A DNA stretch of 64,000 nt from Lachnospiraceae bacterium (GTDB lineage: Bacteria > Bacillota > Clostridia > Lachnospirales > Lachnospiraceae): positions 1,105-65,104 of the forward strand of contig JAZNLG010000140.1 of NCBI GenBank assembly GCA_045578965.1, written 5' to 3'. The notes beneath the pieces were generated by a model. The model did not search any database, had not been told where the DNA came from, and saw nothing but the letters and a program-made list of their open reading frames with translations. Each line of letters opens with the position of its first letter. Position 1 is the stretch's first letter. Position numbers and translations under genes: made by a program. Shown one piece after another: positions 42,637-52,351 of the stretch.

Positions 42637-43233
42637 TTATAATTCAATTCTTCCTTCCAGAGCACGTAAAAGAGTCACTTCATCAATATACTCCAAATCA
42701 CCGCCTACCGGCACGCCGCTGGCGATTCTTGTCACCTTGATTCCCGTAGGTTTGATTAATTTGCTGATGTACATTGCCGTCGTTTCTCCTTCCAAACTGG
42801 AATTGGTGGCAATAATAACCTCATTCACATCACCTTCCAGACGGGTAATCAATTCCTTAAGACGAATATCTGCGGGGCCGATTCCGATCATCGGTGAAAT
42901 GGCACCATGCAGAACATGATATACGCCGCTGTATTTGCCGGTCTTCTCGTAAGCCGCCAAATCTCTGGAATTCTCCACCACCATAATGGTACTTTTATCT
43001 CTGGAAGCATTACTGCAAATCGGACAAATCTCTTTGTCCGTCAAAGTTTGACAATCCTTGCAATAGCACACTTTGCTTTTGGCTTCCATCATAGTATTTG
43101 CCAGACGTTTCACACGTTCCTCCGGCAAATTAATAATGTGAAAAGCCATACGCTGTGCGGACTTTGCACCTATCCCGGGCAGTTTTTCCAATTCTTCAAT
43201 TAATTTACTGATATATCCGCTGTATAACTCCAT
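42637..43233 (-). CDS. recR: recombination protein RecR
   Basis: [11 protein letters not shown] HhH, C4 Zn finger, [18 protein letters not shown]. Confidence 0.96.
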   Translation of the reverse strand: MELYSGYISKLIEELEKLPGIGAKSAQRMAFHIINLPEERVKRLANTMMEAKSKVCYCKDCQTLTDKEICPICSNASRDKSTIMVVENSRDLAAYEKTGKYSGVYHVLHGAISPMIGIGPADIRLKELITRLEGDVNEVIIATNSSLEGETTAMYISKLIKPTGIKVTRIASGVPVGGDLEYIDEVTLLRALEGRIEL

Positions 43234-43293
43234 TGCATCGTGTTCCTGTTATCTGAATTCTTTTGCGACGAATCAAGTGATAGCTTCTCTTCC

Positions 43294-43644
43294 TTAGAAA
43301 GGCAATCCTCCGAGATTCATGCCGCCGGTCATTTTACTCATCATCTGATTATTGGCATCATCTACCATACGAAGTGCCTCGTTGGTTGCAGCCATAATCA
43401 AATCCTGCAGCATCTCGATATCATCAGGATCCACAACATCCGGAGCAAGTACAACCTTGGTTACTTCTCTGGAACCTGTTACGGTAACCGCTACCGCACC
43501 GCCGCCTGCTTTGGCTTCAAATTCCTTAGTCTCCATTTCCTTCTGCTGCTCTTCCATCTGACGTTGCATTCTCTGAGCCTGTTTCATCAGATTATTCATG
43601 TTTCCGGGCATTCCGCCTCCGGGAAAACCTCCACGTTTTGCCAT
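43294..43644 (-). CDS. ebfC: YbaB/EbfC nucleoid-associated protein
   Basis: [26 protein letters not shown]; between dnaX and recR. Confidence 0.93.
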   Translation of the reverse strand: MAKRGGFPGGGMPGNMNNLMKQAQRMQRQMEEQQKEMETKEFEAKAGGGAVAVTVTGSREVTKVVLAPDVVDPDDIEMLQDLIMAATNEALRMVDDANNQMMSKMTGGMNLGGLPF

Positions 43645-43727
43645 TTTTATATCCTCCTAAAAACATTTTATAATAAAATGATATACTTTTCACAGTATTC
43701 AAATACTACCGTAATATTGCGCCAGTC

Positions 43728-45287
43728 CTATTCTTCGACTTCTACCGGCATATTAAAAGACTTGATAATATCTACGTAATGGTCTTCAAAATATTCGCCT
43801 TCGCCCAACTGCTTGACATCAATCTGAATTTCCTTCTGAATAAAATCTTCCAATTCGTTCTTCAACGCAGTCATATTCTTCTCATCTTTTAAAGTTTCAT
43901 ATGCCAGGAAATTCTCCGCCACCATAAGCAACACATTTCCCTCTCCCCAACTCAATCGTACGCTGGAAAGATAAGACTTCACGGGCTGTCCCATAGCGTC
44001 CAGGATCGGTCCCCAGTTTTGGGCAATTTTTTTGACCTCTTCGGGAACTGCTTTGGGCAATTGCGGCCGTGTTGCCGGTTTGGCTGCCACAGCACCGGAT
44101 ACTGCATTTGCGGGTGCCTGTGTCACTACGACTCCCTTTTCAACCGCATCTTCCAGTGCTCGGATTCTATCGCCCCAGGAATCCGCTTTGGCCTCGGTTT
44201 GAGGCTTACACAACTTAATAATTGCAACTTCTATTAAAATACGCTTCTGTGTCGCATATTTTATCTGATTGGATAATTCAGAGAAAATTCTGATATATCG
44301 GAACACGGTTTCCAACTCTACCTTCTCGGCCTCTGCTTTTAACACAGCTAGTGCCTCGTTGGATATCTCCAGAACTTCTGCCGGCACATCCGCACTTTTG
44401 ACCATCATCAGATTACGCAGATACATTGTAAAATCATTAATAAACTGCGGCAATTCTCTACCCTGCATTACCACTTCGTCCAAAAGCGAAATCGCTCCGA
44501 TAATATCCCGGTCAATCACGCTGTCCAAAAGCGTAGCAAACACGCTGCTGTCTACCGCGCCCAAAACATTCAGGGCTTTATCATAGGTAAGCGTCTCACC
44601 GTAATGGAAGGCAATACACTGGTCCAAAAGACTTAAAGCATCACGCATTGAGCCATCTGCAGTTTTGGCAATGTAGCGCACTGCCGCATCCTCAATATCC
44701 ACCTGCTCCTTGTCTGTCAGTTCCTTAATTCTGCCCGCAATGGTGTCGATACTAATTCTTTTAAAGTCATACCTTTGACATCTGGACAATATGGTAATGG
44801 GAATCTTATGGGCCTCCGTGGTTGCCAGTATAAAAATCACGTATGAGGGCGGTTCTTCCAGCGTTTTTAACAACGCATTAAAAGCCCCTGCCGAAAGCAT
44901 ATGCACCTCATCAATGATATATACTTTATACTTTCCTTCCGTAGGAGAATAGGTAACCTCATCTATGATTTCACGGATATTATCTACACCGTTATTGGAC
45001 GCCGCGTCAATTTCAATGACGTTCATACTGTTTGCCGCAGCAATCTTGCGACACATCTCGCACTCGCCACAAGGACTGCCGTCCACCGGATTTTCACAGT
45101 TTACCGCCTTTGCCATAATTTTGGCGATGGTGGTTTTACCGGTACCGCGGGTTCCGCAAAAAAGATATGCATGTCCCACACGATTACTCTTTATTTGGTT
45201 TTTTAAAGTCGTAACAATCGCTTCCTGACCTTTGACATCTTCAAAAGTGTCCGGGCGAAACTTACGATACAACGCCACATATGACAT
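43728..45287 (-). CDS. dnaX: DNA polymerase III subunit gamma/tau
   Basis: ALYRKFRP, GTRGTGKTT, IDEVHML, SRCQ, GSMRDA. Confidence 0.96.
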   Translation of the reverse strand: MSYVALYRKFRPDTFEDVKGQEAIVTTLKNQIKSNRVGHAYLFCGTRGTGKTTIAKIMAKAVNCENPVDGSPCGECEMCRKIAAANSMNVIEIDAASNNGVDNIREIIDEVTYSPTEGKYKVYIIDEVHMLSAGAFNALLKTLEEPPSYVIFILATTEAHKIPITILSRCQRYDFKRISIDTIAGRIKELTDKEQVDIEDAAVRYIAKTADGSMRDALSLLDQCIAFHYGETLTYDKALNVLGAVDSSVFATLLDSVIDRDIIGAISLLDEVVMQGRELPQFINDFTMYLRNLMMVKSADVPAEVLEISNEALAVLKAEAEKVELETVFRYIRIFSELSNQIKYATQKRILIEVAIIKLCKPQTEAKADSWGDRIRALEDAVEKGVVVTQAPANAVSGAVAAKPATRPQLPKAVPEEVKKIAQNWGPILDAMGQPVKSYLSSVRLSWGEGNVLLMVAENFLAYETLKDEKNMTALKNELEDFIQKEIQIDVKQLGEGEYFEDHYVDIIKSFNMPVEVEE

Positions 45288-45302
45288 TTATTTTCCTGCT
45301 TT

Positions 45303-46376
45303 CTAATCTCCGAAACTGATACCAAGCATCTTGGCTTCTTTTACAATGCTTGCGTCGGGAGATACATATTTTAATTTGCCGGCTACTTCTTCCAACGGAA
45401 CTTTAACGATTTCACGATTCTTGTAACCTACCATGAAACCATACTCGCCATCAAGAATTAACTTGGCTGCTTCAGAGCCCAAGCGTGACGCAAATACACG
45501 GTCGTAAGGGCAAGGACTTCCGCCTCGCTGTGTATGACCGGGTACGGTGACACGAACTTCTTCGCCGGTCTTTTCCTTAATCTGTTCCGCTACTTCGTAT
45601 GCCACGCTGGGATACTTACGGTTCTCTAATTTCTTCTTATATTCTTTCTTGGATAATTTGGCATCCTGCTTGGAAATAGCGCCTTCCGCTACCGCAAGAA
45701 TGGTAAAACGACTGCCGTTCTTCTTACGGTTTTCAATTGCATCCACTACCTTATCAATATCATAAGGAATTTCCGGAATTAAAATAATGTCTGCTCCGGA
45801 AGCCATACCTGCATTCAAAGTAAGCCAGCCAACCTTATGTCCCATTACTTCTACGATAAATACGCGTCCGTGGGAATCCGCTGTCGTATGAATACAATCA
45901 ATACAATCCGTTGCAATGTCTACCGCGCTCTGGAAACCGAATGTCATATCCGTTCCGTATAAATCATTGTCGATAGTCTTAGGCAGGGTAACTACGTTTA
46001 GCCCTTCCTGACGTAAAAGATTTGCAGTTTTATGCGTACCGTTACCACCAAGAATAACAAGGCAATCCAGATTCAACTTATAGTAATTCTGCTTCATCGC
46101 TTTTACCTTGTCCAATCCGTTCTCATCCGGTTCGGTAATTGTCTTAAAAGGAGTTCTTGAGGTCCCGAGAATGGTGCCGCCCTTGGTAAGAATTCCTGAA
46201 AAATCAGAACTTTGTAACATACGATAATTGCTGTAAATCAATCCCCTATAACCATCCAAAAAACCGTATATTTCTACTTCTTCCTTACTGTTCTTCATTG
46301 TTTTAACCACACCGCGCATCGCCGCATTCAATGCCTGACAATCACCACCGCTGGTCAACATACCGATTCGTTTCAT
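45303..46376 (-). CDS. pfkA: 6-phosphofructokinase
   Basis: LTSGGDCQALN, GGTILGTSR, PKTIDND, EVMGH, GHTQRGG. Confidence 0.92.
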   Translation of the reverse strand: MKRIGMLTSGGDCQALNAAMRGVVKTMKNSKEEVEIYGFLDGYRGLIYSNYRMLQSSDFSGILTKGGTILGTSRTPFKTITEPDENGLDKVKAMKQNYYKLNLDCLVILGGNGTHKTANLLRQEGLNVVTLPKTIDNDLYGTDMTFGFQSAVDIATDCIDCIHTTADSHGRVFIVEVMGHKVGWLTLNAGMASGADIILIPEIPYDIDKVVDAIENRKKNGSRFTILAVAEGAISKQDAKLSKKEYKKKLENRKYPSVAYEVAEQIKEKTGEEVRVTVPGHTQRGGSPCPYDRVFASRLGSEAAKLILDGEYGFMVGYKNREIVKVPLEEVAGKLKYVSPDASIVKEAKMLGISFGD

Positions 46377-46580
46377 TTCCCTTACCTCCATATACAAGTA
46401 TATTAATATCTTGTCCGAACAAAACCCCTTTTATCATAATACATTTTTGACCGATGTTCAATCTTTCTTTACTTATATATAATAAGAAATCTTCCTTTGG
46501 GAGTAAAATCCTTCTTTTAAAATTATTCTGCTCATTTTATTTTAAATTTTAAAAAAAAGTAATTTTTTTGCTAAAATCTA

Positions 46581-46608
46581 TTGACATTCTCAAGAAATAT
46601 GATATATT
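46581..46608 (+). promoter_or_regulatory. sigmaA-like promoter of perR-rbr-rub operon
   Basis: TTGACA-16 nt-TATATT with TG extension. Confidence 0.65.
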
Positions 46609-46613
46609 GATAT

Positions 46614-46628
46614 CAGTAATCGTTACTG
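46614..46628. promoter_or_regulatory. putative PerR/Fur-type operator
   Basis: CAGTAA-tcg-TTACTG inverted repeat just downstream of the -10. Confidence 0.55.
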
Positions 46629-46684
46629 TTATCGTTTATTAAAGACTAAAAATAATAACTTTCAGAGAAGGAGCCCGGCCAGCT

Positions 46685-47074
46685 ATGAATCTAAAGTACA
46701 GTAAACAACGAGAAGCAATTAAAACATTTTTGATGTCCAGGAAGGATCATCCCACAGCGGATCAAATTTATGCCGCAGTAAGGGAAGAGCATCCTAACAT
46801 CAGTTTAGGAACTGTTTATCGTAATCTTGCACTGTTGGAAGAAGTTGGCGAAATCCAGCGGTTGCACGTAAACGGTAACACAGACCGATTCGATGCGGAT
46901 GCATCAAATCATTATCATTTCGTATGTGACACTTGCGGTTGCGTACAAGACATTCCTATGGAAATGCAGGTTTCATTAAGCGCAGAAGCACAGAAACATT
47001 TTGATGGAGTAATTGATTACTATTACACCTGTTTCCACGGAGAATGCAAACATTGTAAAGATTTAAAACACTAA
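46685..47074 (+). CDS. perR: Fur-family regulator (PerR-like)
   Basis: SKQREAI, DHPTAD, SLGTVYRNL, HYHFVCDTC, CKHC; leads rubrerythrin operon. Confidence 0.8.
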   Translation: MNLKYSKQREAIKTFLMSRKDHPTADQIYAAVREEHPNISLGTVYRNLALLEEVGEIQRLHVNGNTDRFDADASNHYHFVCDTCGCVQDIPMEMQVSLSAEAQKHFDGVIDYYYTCFHGECKHCKDLKH

Positions 47075-47104
47075 AAAGTTTAAAAAGCAAAGGAGATTAA
47101 GATT

Positions 47105-47644
47105 ATGAAGTATGTATGTCAGGTATGTGGTTATGTTCATGAAGGAGATTCAGCACCCGAGAAATGCCCCCAGTGTGGCGTTCCCGCTTCTAAGTTTACA
47201 GCTCAGAGCGAAGAAAGAACTTGGGCAGCAGAACATGTTGTAGGTGTGGCTCAGGGTTGCAGCGAGGATATTATCGCTGATCTCCGTGCAAACTATATGG
47301 GAGAATGTACCGAAGTTGGTATGTATCTTGCAATGGCAAGAGTTGCTCACAGAGAAGGCTATCCCGAAATCGGTCTTTATTGGGAAAAGGCTGCTTGGGA
47401 AGAAGCAGAACATGCTGCTAAATTCGCTGAATTATTAGGTGAAGTTGTGACCGACTCTACCAAGAAGAACCTTGAAATGAGAGTAGAGGCTGAAAACGGT
47501 GCTACCGCAGGCAAGTTTGACCTTGCTAAGAGAGCAAAAGAACAGAACTTAGATGCTATTCACGTCACCGTTCATGAAATGGCTCGTGACGAAGCAAGAC
47601 ACGGTAAGGCATTTGAAGGTCTGCTCAAAAAATATTTCAGTTAA
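47105..47644 (+). CDS. reverse rubrerythrin (NADH peroxidase)
   Basis: N-terminal CQVC/CPQC domain, then di-iron ECTEV, EEAEH, DEARH. Confidence 0.93.
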   Translation: MKYVCQVCGYVHEGDSAPEKCPQCGVPASKFTAQSEERTWAAEHVVGVAQGCSEDIIADLRANYMGECTEVGMYLAMARVAHREGYPEIGLYWEKAAWEEAEHAAKFAELLGEVVTDSTKKNLEMRVEAENGATAGKFDLAKRAKEQNLDAIHVTVHEMARDEARHGKAFEGLLKKYFS

Positions 47645-47659
47645 AAAGGAGAATAACTT

Positions 47660-47815
47660 ATGGAAAAATATATTTGCCCCTGCACATATGAATATGATCC
47701 CGCTGTAGGAGATCCCGAGAACGGAGTTCCCGCAGGTACTCCTTGGGAAGAAGTTCCTGCAGACTGGGTTTGCCCCTGGTGCGGCTTAGGGAAAGAAGCA
47801 TTTGAGAAAGAGTAA
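47660..47815 (+). CDS. rubredoxin, 51 aa (absent from ORF track)
   Basis: [51 protein letters not shown]; SD AAGGAG. Confidence 0.92.
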   Translation: MEKYICPCTYEYDPAVGDPENGVPAGTPWEEVPADWVCPWCGLGKEAFEKE

Positions 47816-47820
47816 ATTTA

Positions 47821-47860
47821 AAAATGCAGAGAGTCGATTGACTTTCTGCATTTTCTTTTT
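47821..47860 (+). terminator. terminator of rubrerythrin operon
   Basis: AAAATGCAGAGAGTC...GACTTTCTGCATTTT followed by T tract. Confidence 0.8.
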
Positions 47861-48027
47861 GTAAAGAACTATCTTTCTCCCCTCATTGCACACTTAATAA
47901 AAAAGTTGGCACTTGGCTTATGTTATGCTATAATTTGGGCAGAAATAACATACGCTAAAAATACAATTTGTATGTAAACATTGCGTATTTCATTTTGGAG
48001 ATTTATCGGAGTAATAAAGTAATCAGT

Positions 48028-49638
48028 ATGAAACCAGCAACCAGAAAAATACAAATTTCAATTCTATTGATTTTACTATTTGCCGCCCTGCTTTCATCAA
48101 TCAAAATGGTCTTTTTCGGACTTAACATTGACGAAGAATATACAGTAACATTAGGTTATAGAATCATTACAGCGGACAAAATGTTTCTTGACATGTGGGA
48201 ACCTCACCAGATGTCAGGTTTTGTTTGCGCTTTTTTTACTAAAATATTTATGCTCATTACCAACAGCACGGATTATCTTATCGTCTATCTTCGTATAGTA
48301 AGTCTGATCATTCACGGATGCATAAGCGTCTACCTGTATACGGCCTTATCAAAGATAGCAGGTAAATATCTCTCAGCCATGCTGTCTTTACTAAGTTTTA
48401 TTATTGTTCCTAAAATGGCCTTATCCATTGATTTTTCATTGATTGTATTCTTATCACTCATTATAATAACGGCAACTCTTATCAAGATGGAACATTCGGC
48501 CAAACAAGCAGGCTACGTAGTACTTCTCAGTCTGGTGACCTGTGCCTCCATTCTTTCCTATCCCAGTATGCTCCTTTTGTTTGTCGGTCTTTTTATTATT
48601 TTGTACATCTGTTTTTCCAAAAAGGACGCCTTTCTTTATGCCGGCATATGTTTTATATCCGGCTTGCTTTATGTAGGATATTTTACAATTACATTGGGAC
48701 TGCATGACTTTCTGTTCGGAATCGGACAAATGATGACAGACGGCGAACACAGCACGTCTACCTTCAGTATATTATTAAGTAATATCACATCGTGGCTTAT
48801 TGTACTGGCTTCATTTGTTGTTCTGTATTTACTTAGTTTCTTTATCAGTAAAATTTTTAAAATTAAAAACCGGAAATCATTTATCGCAGTTTCGATTTCA
48901 CTCATTGCATTAGTCGGACAACTTGTGTACTGGCTGAGTAGTTTTCGCTATATCAACTATCCGCTTTTTTTATACTATCTGGTATTCGGAGCACTATTAT
49001 CAACCCGCAAGATTACAAAGAAGGAATTTCTGAAATTTATTTTACCTTCTCTGATTGCTACCTTTTCCGGTGCATTGCTTACCAACACCGGTGTATATGT
49101 CATTAGTGTGATGCTGATTCCCGCAATTATTTATCTGCTTACAAAAAGCATTGATGCGGAAGATAAAGCAATGGTATCCAACAGAATCATCCTTTATGCG
49201 TTACTCCTTCTTTTCCTGTTCGCACGGGGATGGTTGATGTGCGAAACCGGCGGTTACAAGGACGACATGAACTATGTAAAACAGAAAGCACTGTCCGGAC
49301 CAGCCAAAGGAATTTATTGCAGATATGTGGAAGGTTATCAATACAATCTGATTCAGGAACTCTGTGATAACTATATCGAATCGGATGCCTCGGTATTATG
49401 TGTCAGCAGGCATACGCTCTGGTATCTTTTAACCGACTGCAGAATAGCAAACTATTCCACAATCAGTACTCCTACATTTGATGAACGTTTACTTGAGTAC
49501 TACGAATTATATCCTGACAAAAGACCCGATTATATCTTTGTGGATGATACCATTAATACTTCATCTTTCAACGATATACTGGATGATTATATTATGCTTG
49601 AAACAGCAGAAGACGTTACCTTATATAAACATAAATAA
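48028..49638 (+). CDS. polytopic membrane protein, GT-C glycosyltransferase-like
   Basis: first TM followed by acidic NIDEEY loop; many TM helices; soluble C-terminus ending RPDYIFV. Confidence 0.55.
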   Translation: MKPATRKIQISILLILLFAALLSSIKMVFFGLNIDEEYTVTLGYRIITADKMFLDMWEPHQMSGFVCAFFTKIFMLITNSTDYLIVYLRIVSLIIHGCISVYLYTALSKIAGKYLSAMLSLLSFIIVPKMALSIDFSLIVFLSLIIITATLIKMEHSAKQAGYVVLLSLVTCASILSYPSMLLLFVGLFIILYICFSKKDAFLYAGICFISGLLYVGYFTITLGLHDFLFGIGQMMTDGEHSTSTFSILLSNITSWLIVLASFVVLYLLSFFISKIFKIKNRKSFIAVSISLIALVGQLVYWLSSFRYINYPLFLYYLVFGALLSTRKITKKEFLKFILPSLIATFSGALLTNTGVYVISVMLIPAIIYLLTKSIDAEDKAMVSNRIILYALLLLFLFARGWLMCETGGYKDDMNYVKQKALSGPAKGIYCRYVEGYQYNLIQELCDNYIESDASVLCVSRHTLWYLLTDCRIANYSTISTPTFDERLLEYYELYPDKRPDYIFVDDTINTSSFNDILDDYIMLETAEDVTLYKHK

Positions 49639-49649
49639 AGGACATAAAA

Positions 49650-51209
49650 ATGCTTACAAAAATCAAATCAAACTACAAATCCGTCATATATATGCTATGC
49701 TTTTTCTTTCTGTGCGTAATCGACCAGCGCCTGGGAAGTGTTGGCGGCATTATGCAATTCTTTTGGTCAAATTGTGTGGGATTTGCTTTTGCGATTATTA
49801 TATTACTGCAATATAACATCAAGGATTTCTTTAAACTGAAATATTTACTGTGGACCGTTCTGTGTCTGATTCTGGGCCCGGTATCTACCATTCTTTGGAA
49901 AGCAGAGTTTCCCGATTGCCAATGGTATACTGCCCTTGCCAACATAATCATATACGGATATCTGATCATTCGCACCATCGATTTTCATATTCATCATCGC
50001 TGGGATAAAAAAGACTATTTCATGCCGATTTTTCTATGTTTATCTCTTCTGGCTATGGGATTGTCACGCAATGATAACTTCTGGCCCTGGTATTATCTGA
50101 TGGTATTCGGAACACTTTCTTTTACCAATTTCGATTCAAAAGAAAGAAAAAATATTTATAACAGCCTGTCCAACGGCATTCTGTTAGGCTTTTTTATCAT
50201 ACAGGGCTTGGGCTTTGTCTTCAGACCGTATGATGTGGTTCGATACAACGGAATGTATGCCAACCCCAATATCAATGCACTGTTCTACTCCATTGTTTAC
50301 TGTGCATTTTTATCCAAATTAATCAAATTCCTGTTTGACAAAACAATGAAGTGTCGCATTGCGGGTATCCTTGCAGCACTTTTCTTCTGCGGCGGAATGT
50401 GGTCTTTTATCGTATTTACCGGATGCCGCTCTGCATTAATATCCTTAAGCGTTACAACTGCTGTAGCCGGAATACTGATTCTTGTAAAAGGAACCAAAAA
50501 AGAAATCGCAAAGCACCTGGCTCTCATCCCCGGTCTTGTGTTATGTATCATAATCACAATTCCGATTGTCTATGGTTGCATCCGATATTTGCCTGCATGT
50601 TTTCATCATCCCATATGGTTCGTAAACGAATACAGCGAAGATAAGGTGCATTCATTCGATCCTCCGGATTCCGAGAAATATATTTCTCCTGAAGAAGCTT
50701 TCGATTACTATTTGGGAAGATATTTTAACCAAACAAACCCGGATACAACTACGAGAAGTATTCCCACCAGATCACTCCCGGTTTCCGGCGAAACCACAAC
50801 ACCGGTTGCATTAAAGGAACACACCAATAATTCCGTAGAAGTGCGCATGCTGATTTGGGAATATTATGCGAAAAAACTTAATCTATTCGGGCATTTGCAG
50901 GAAGAGCACGGCGTACAGGTTACTCCCGAATATTACGCTCCGCATACCCATAATTTTATCCTTCAATTCCTGTTTGATTTCGGTATATTAGGAGGAATCC
51001 TTCCCCTATTGTTTATATTTACCAAAATTGTTTTCTATACCAAGAAAGAATACGCACAAAAAGATACCTCACTTTATATGATATTACCTCTATGCGGAAT
51101 CAATTTGGTTTCTTTCGGTCTTTCGGAATTGTTTTGGAGAAACGGTTATCTGGGATTAATTCTTTTCTTTATGCTAATCACCGTTTCAAAAGAAAAACAT
51201 ACACACTAA
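49650..51209 (+). CDS. O-antigen ligase/Wzy_C-like membrane protein
   Basis: RYNGMYANPN, FTGCRSA, R..IW, HTHNFILQFLFDFGILG motifs. Confidence 0.7.
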   Translation: MLTKIKSNYKSVIYMLCFFFLCVIDQRLGSVGGIMQFFWSNCVGFAFAIIILLQYNIKDFFKLKYLLWTVLCLILGPVSTILWKAEFPDCQWYTALANIIIYGYLIIRTIDFHIHHRWDKKDYFMPIFLCLSLLAMGLSRNDNFWPWYYLMVFGTLSFTNFDSKERKNIYNSLSNGILLGFFIIQGLGFVFRPYDVVRYNGMYANPNINALFYSIVYCAFLSKLIKFLFDKTMKCRIAGILAALFFCGGMWSFIVFTGCRSALISLSVTTAVAGILILVKGTKKEIAKHLALIPGLVLCIIITIPIVYGCIRYLPACFHHPIWFVNEYSEDKVHSFDPPDSEKYISPEEAFDYYLGRYFNQTNPDTTTRSIPTRSLPVSGETTTPVALKEHTNNSVEVRMLIWEYYAKKLNLFGHLQEEHGVQVTPEYYAPHTHNFILQFLFDFGILGGILPLLFIFTKIVFYTKKEYAQKDTSLYMILPLCGINLVSFGLSELFWRNGYLGLILFFMLITVSKEKHTH

Positions 51210-51214
51210 ATTAA

Positions 51215-51286
51215 AATGCTACTGTTCTGTGCCAATCCCCGGTAATTATTTTTCGGGTACATGTACAGAATGGTAGCATTCTTTTT
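51215..51286 (+). terminator. long hairpin terminator after ligase-like gene
   Basis: AATGCTACTGTTCTGT...ACAGAATGGTAGCATT followed by CTTTTT. Confidence 0.65.
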
Positions 51287-51354
51287 ATATTTTTTACAGT
51301 ATTTCATAAATCACTTGCATCTGTCATTATTTTATAGTATTATTTTTTTATCAC

Positions 51355-51374
51355 AAATGTAAGCACTTACATTT
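51355..51374. promoter_or_regulatory. palindromic operator upstream of SDR gene
   Basis: AAATGTAAG-ca-CTTACATTT downstream of TTGCAT-17-TATTAT (51315-51343). Confidence 0.6.
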
Positions 51375-51417
51375 TACTTTTTAACCTTATATATTTATGT
51401 AAAAGGAGGATTTACTT

Positions 51418-52218
51418 ATGGGATTTTTAACAGGGAAAACAGTCATTATTACCGGTGGCGGACGAGCAGTTCTTGAAAGCGGCAAAGCAGGTTCTATCGG
51501 CTACGGTATTGCAACCGCTTATGCAAAAGAAGGCGCTAATATCGTCATTACAGGACGTAATGTACAGAAATTGGAAGACGCCAAAGAAGAGTTAGAGCGT
51601 CTCTACGGTGTCAAAGTACTTCCCGTACAGGCTGACATTTCTGCTGGTTCTGATAACGCTGCAATCGCTGCATCCGTTGCTGAAAAGGCAATAGCGGAAT
51701 TCGGCAGCATTGATGTGTTAATCAACAACGCACAGGCATCTGCTTCCGGCGTAACTTTGGCAAATCACACAACAGAACAGTTTGATCTTGCTATTTATTC
51801 CGGATTATACGCTGCATTCTATTATATGCAGGCTTGCTACCCTCACCTTGCAGCATCAAAAGGCAGCGTAATCAACTTCGCATCCGGCGCAGGTTTATTC
51901 GGTAACTTCGGTCAATGTGCTTATGCAGCTGCCAAAGAAGGTATTCGTGGATTAACCCGTGTCGCAGCAACCGAATGGAGTAAGGACGGCATCAACGTTA
52001 ATGTTATTTGTCCTCTTGCATGGACTGCACAGTTGGAAAACTTCCAGAAAGCATATCCCGATGCATTTGAGAAGAATGTACACACACCTCCCATGGGATT
52101 CTTCGGCGATCCGGAAGAACACATCGGTAGAGTATGTGTTCAGTTGGCACATCCTGACTTCAAGTATATGACAGGAGAAACCATCACCTTAGAAGGCGGT
52201 TTGGGAATGAGACCGTAA
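51418..52218 (+). CDS. SDR oxidoreductase, probable 12alpha-hydroxysteroid dehydrogenase
   Basis: TGGG..GSIGYGIA with insertion, NNAQASASG, YAAAKEGIRG, C-terminal TLEGGLGMRP; closely resembles clostridial 12alpha-HSDHs as I recall them. Confidence 0.78.
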   Translation: MGFLTGKTVIITGGGRAVLESGKAGSIGYGIATAYAKEGANIVITGRNVQKLEDAKEELERLYGVKVLPVQADISAGSDNAAIAASVAEKAIAEFGSIDVLINNAQASASGVTLANHTTEQFDLAIYSGLYAAFYYMQACYPHLAASKGSVINFASGAGLFGNFGQCAYAAAKEGIRGLTRVAATEWSKDGINVNVICPLAWTAQLENFQKAYPDAFEKNVHTPPMGFFGDPEEHIGRVCVQLAHPDFKYMTGETITLEGGLGMRP

Positions 52219-52239
52219 GGTTATTATTACAAAATATGC

Positions 52240-52271
52240 AAGGGTCGGTTCTGATTTGAACCGGCCCTTTT
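52240..52271 (+). terminator. terminator after SDR gene
   Basis: AAGGGTCGGTTC...GAACCGGCCCTTTT. Confidence 0.8.
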
Positions 52272-52292
52272 AGAATCTATTGATTGCAATCT

Positions 52293-52325
52293 AAAAGGAT
52301 GTGCCTTACTTTGACACATCCTTTT
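52293..52325 (-). terminator. terminator after transketolase
   Basis: AAAAGGATGTG...CACATCCTTTT. Confidence 0.75.
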
Positions 52326-52351
52326 CTCTATTGCTTCGTTTATTTTAATTC

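Noticed and set aside
43728-45287. programmed frameshift in dnaX producing gamma
   Set aside because: I saw no E. coli-type A AAA AAG slippery site with a downstream hairpin by eye
46461-46490. TATATATAATAAG motif as a dif site (similar AT-rich words near 51385 and 63321)
   Set aside because: Only one Xer arm resembles the Firmicute dif consensus in each case; too few copies to claim a repeat family without a genome-wide count
47105-47644. IHVTVHE instead of the commoner IHDTVHE in rubrerythrin
   Set aside because: The di-iron E/ExxH ligands are intact; a single substitution supports no claim
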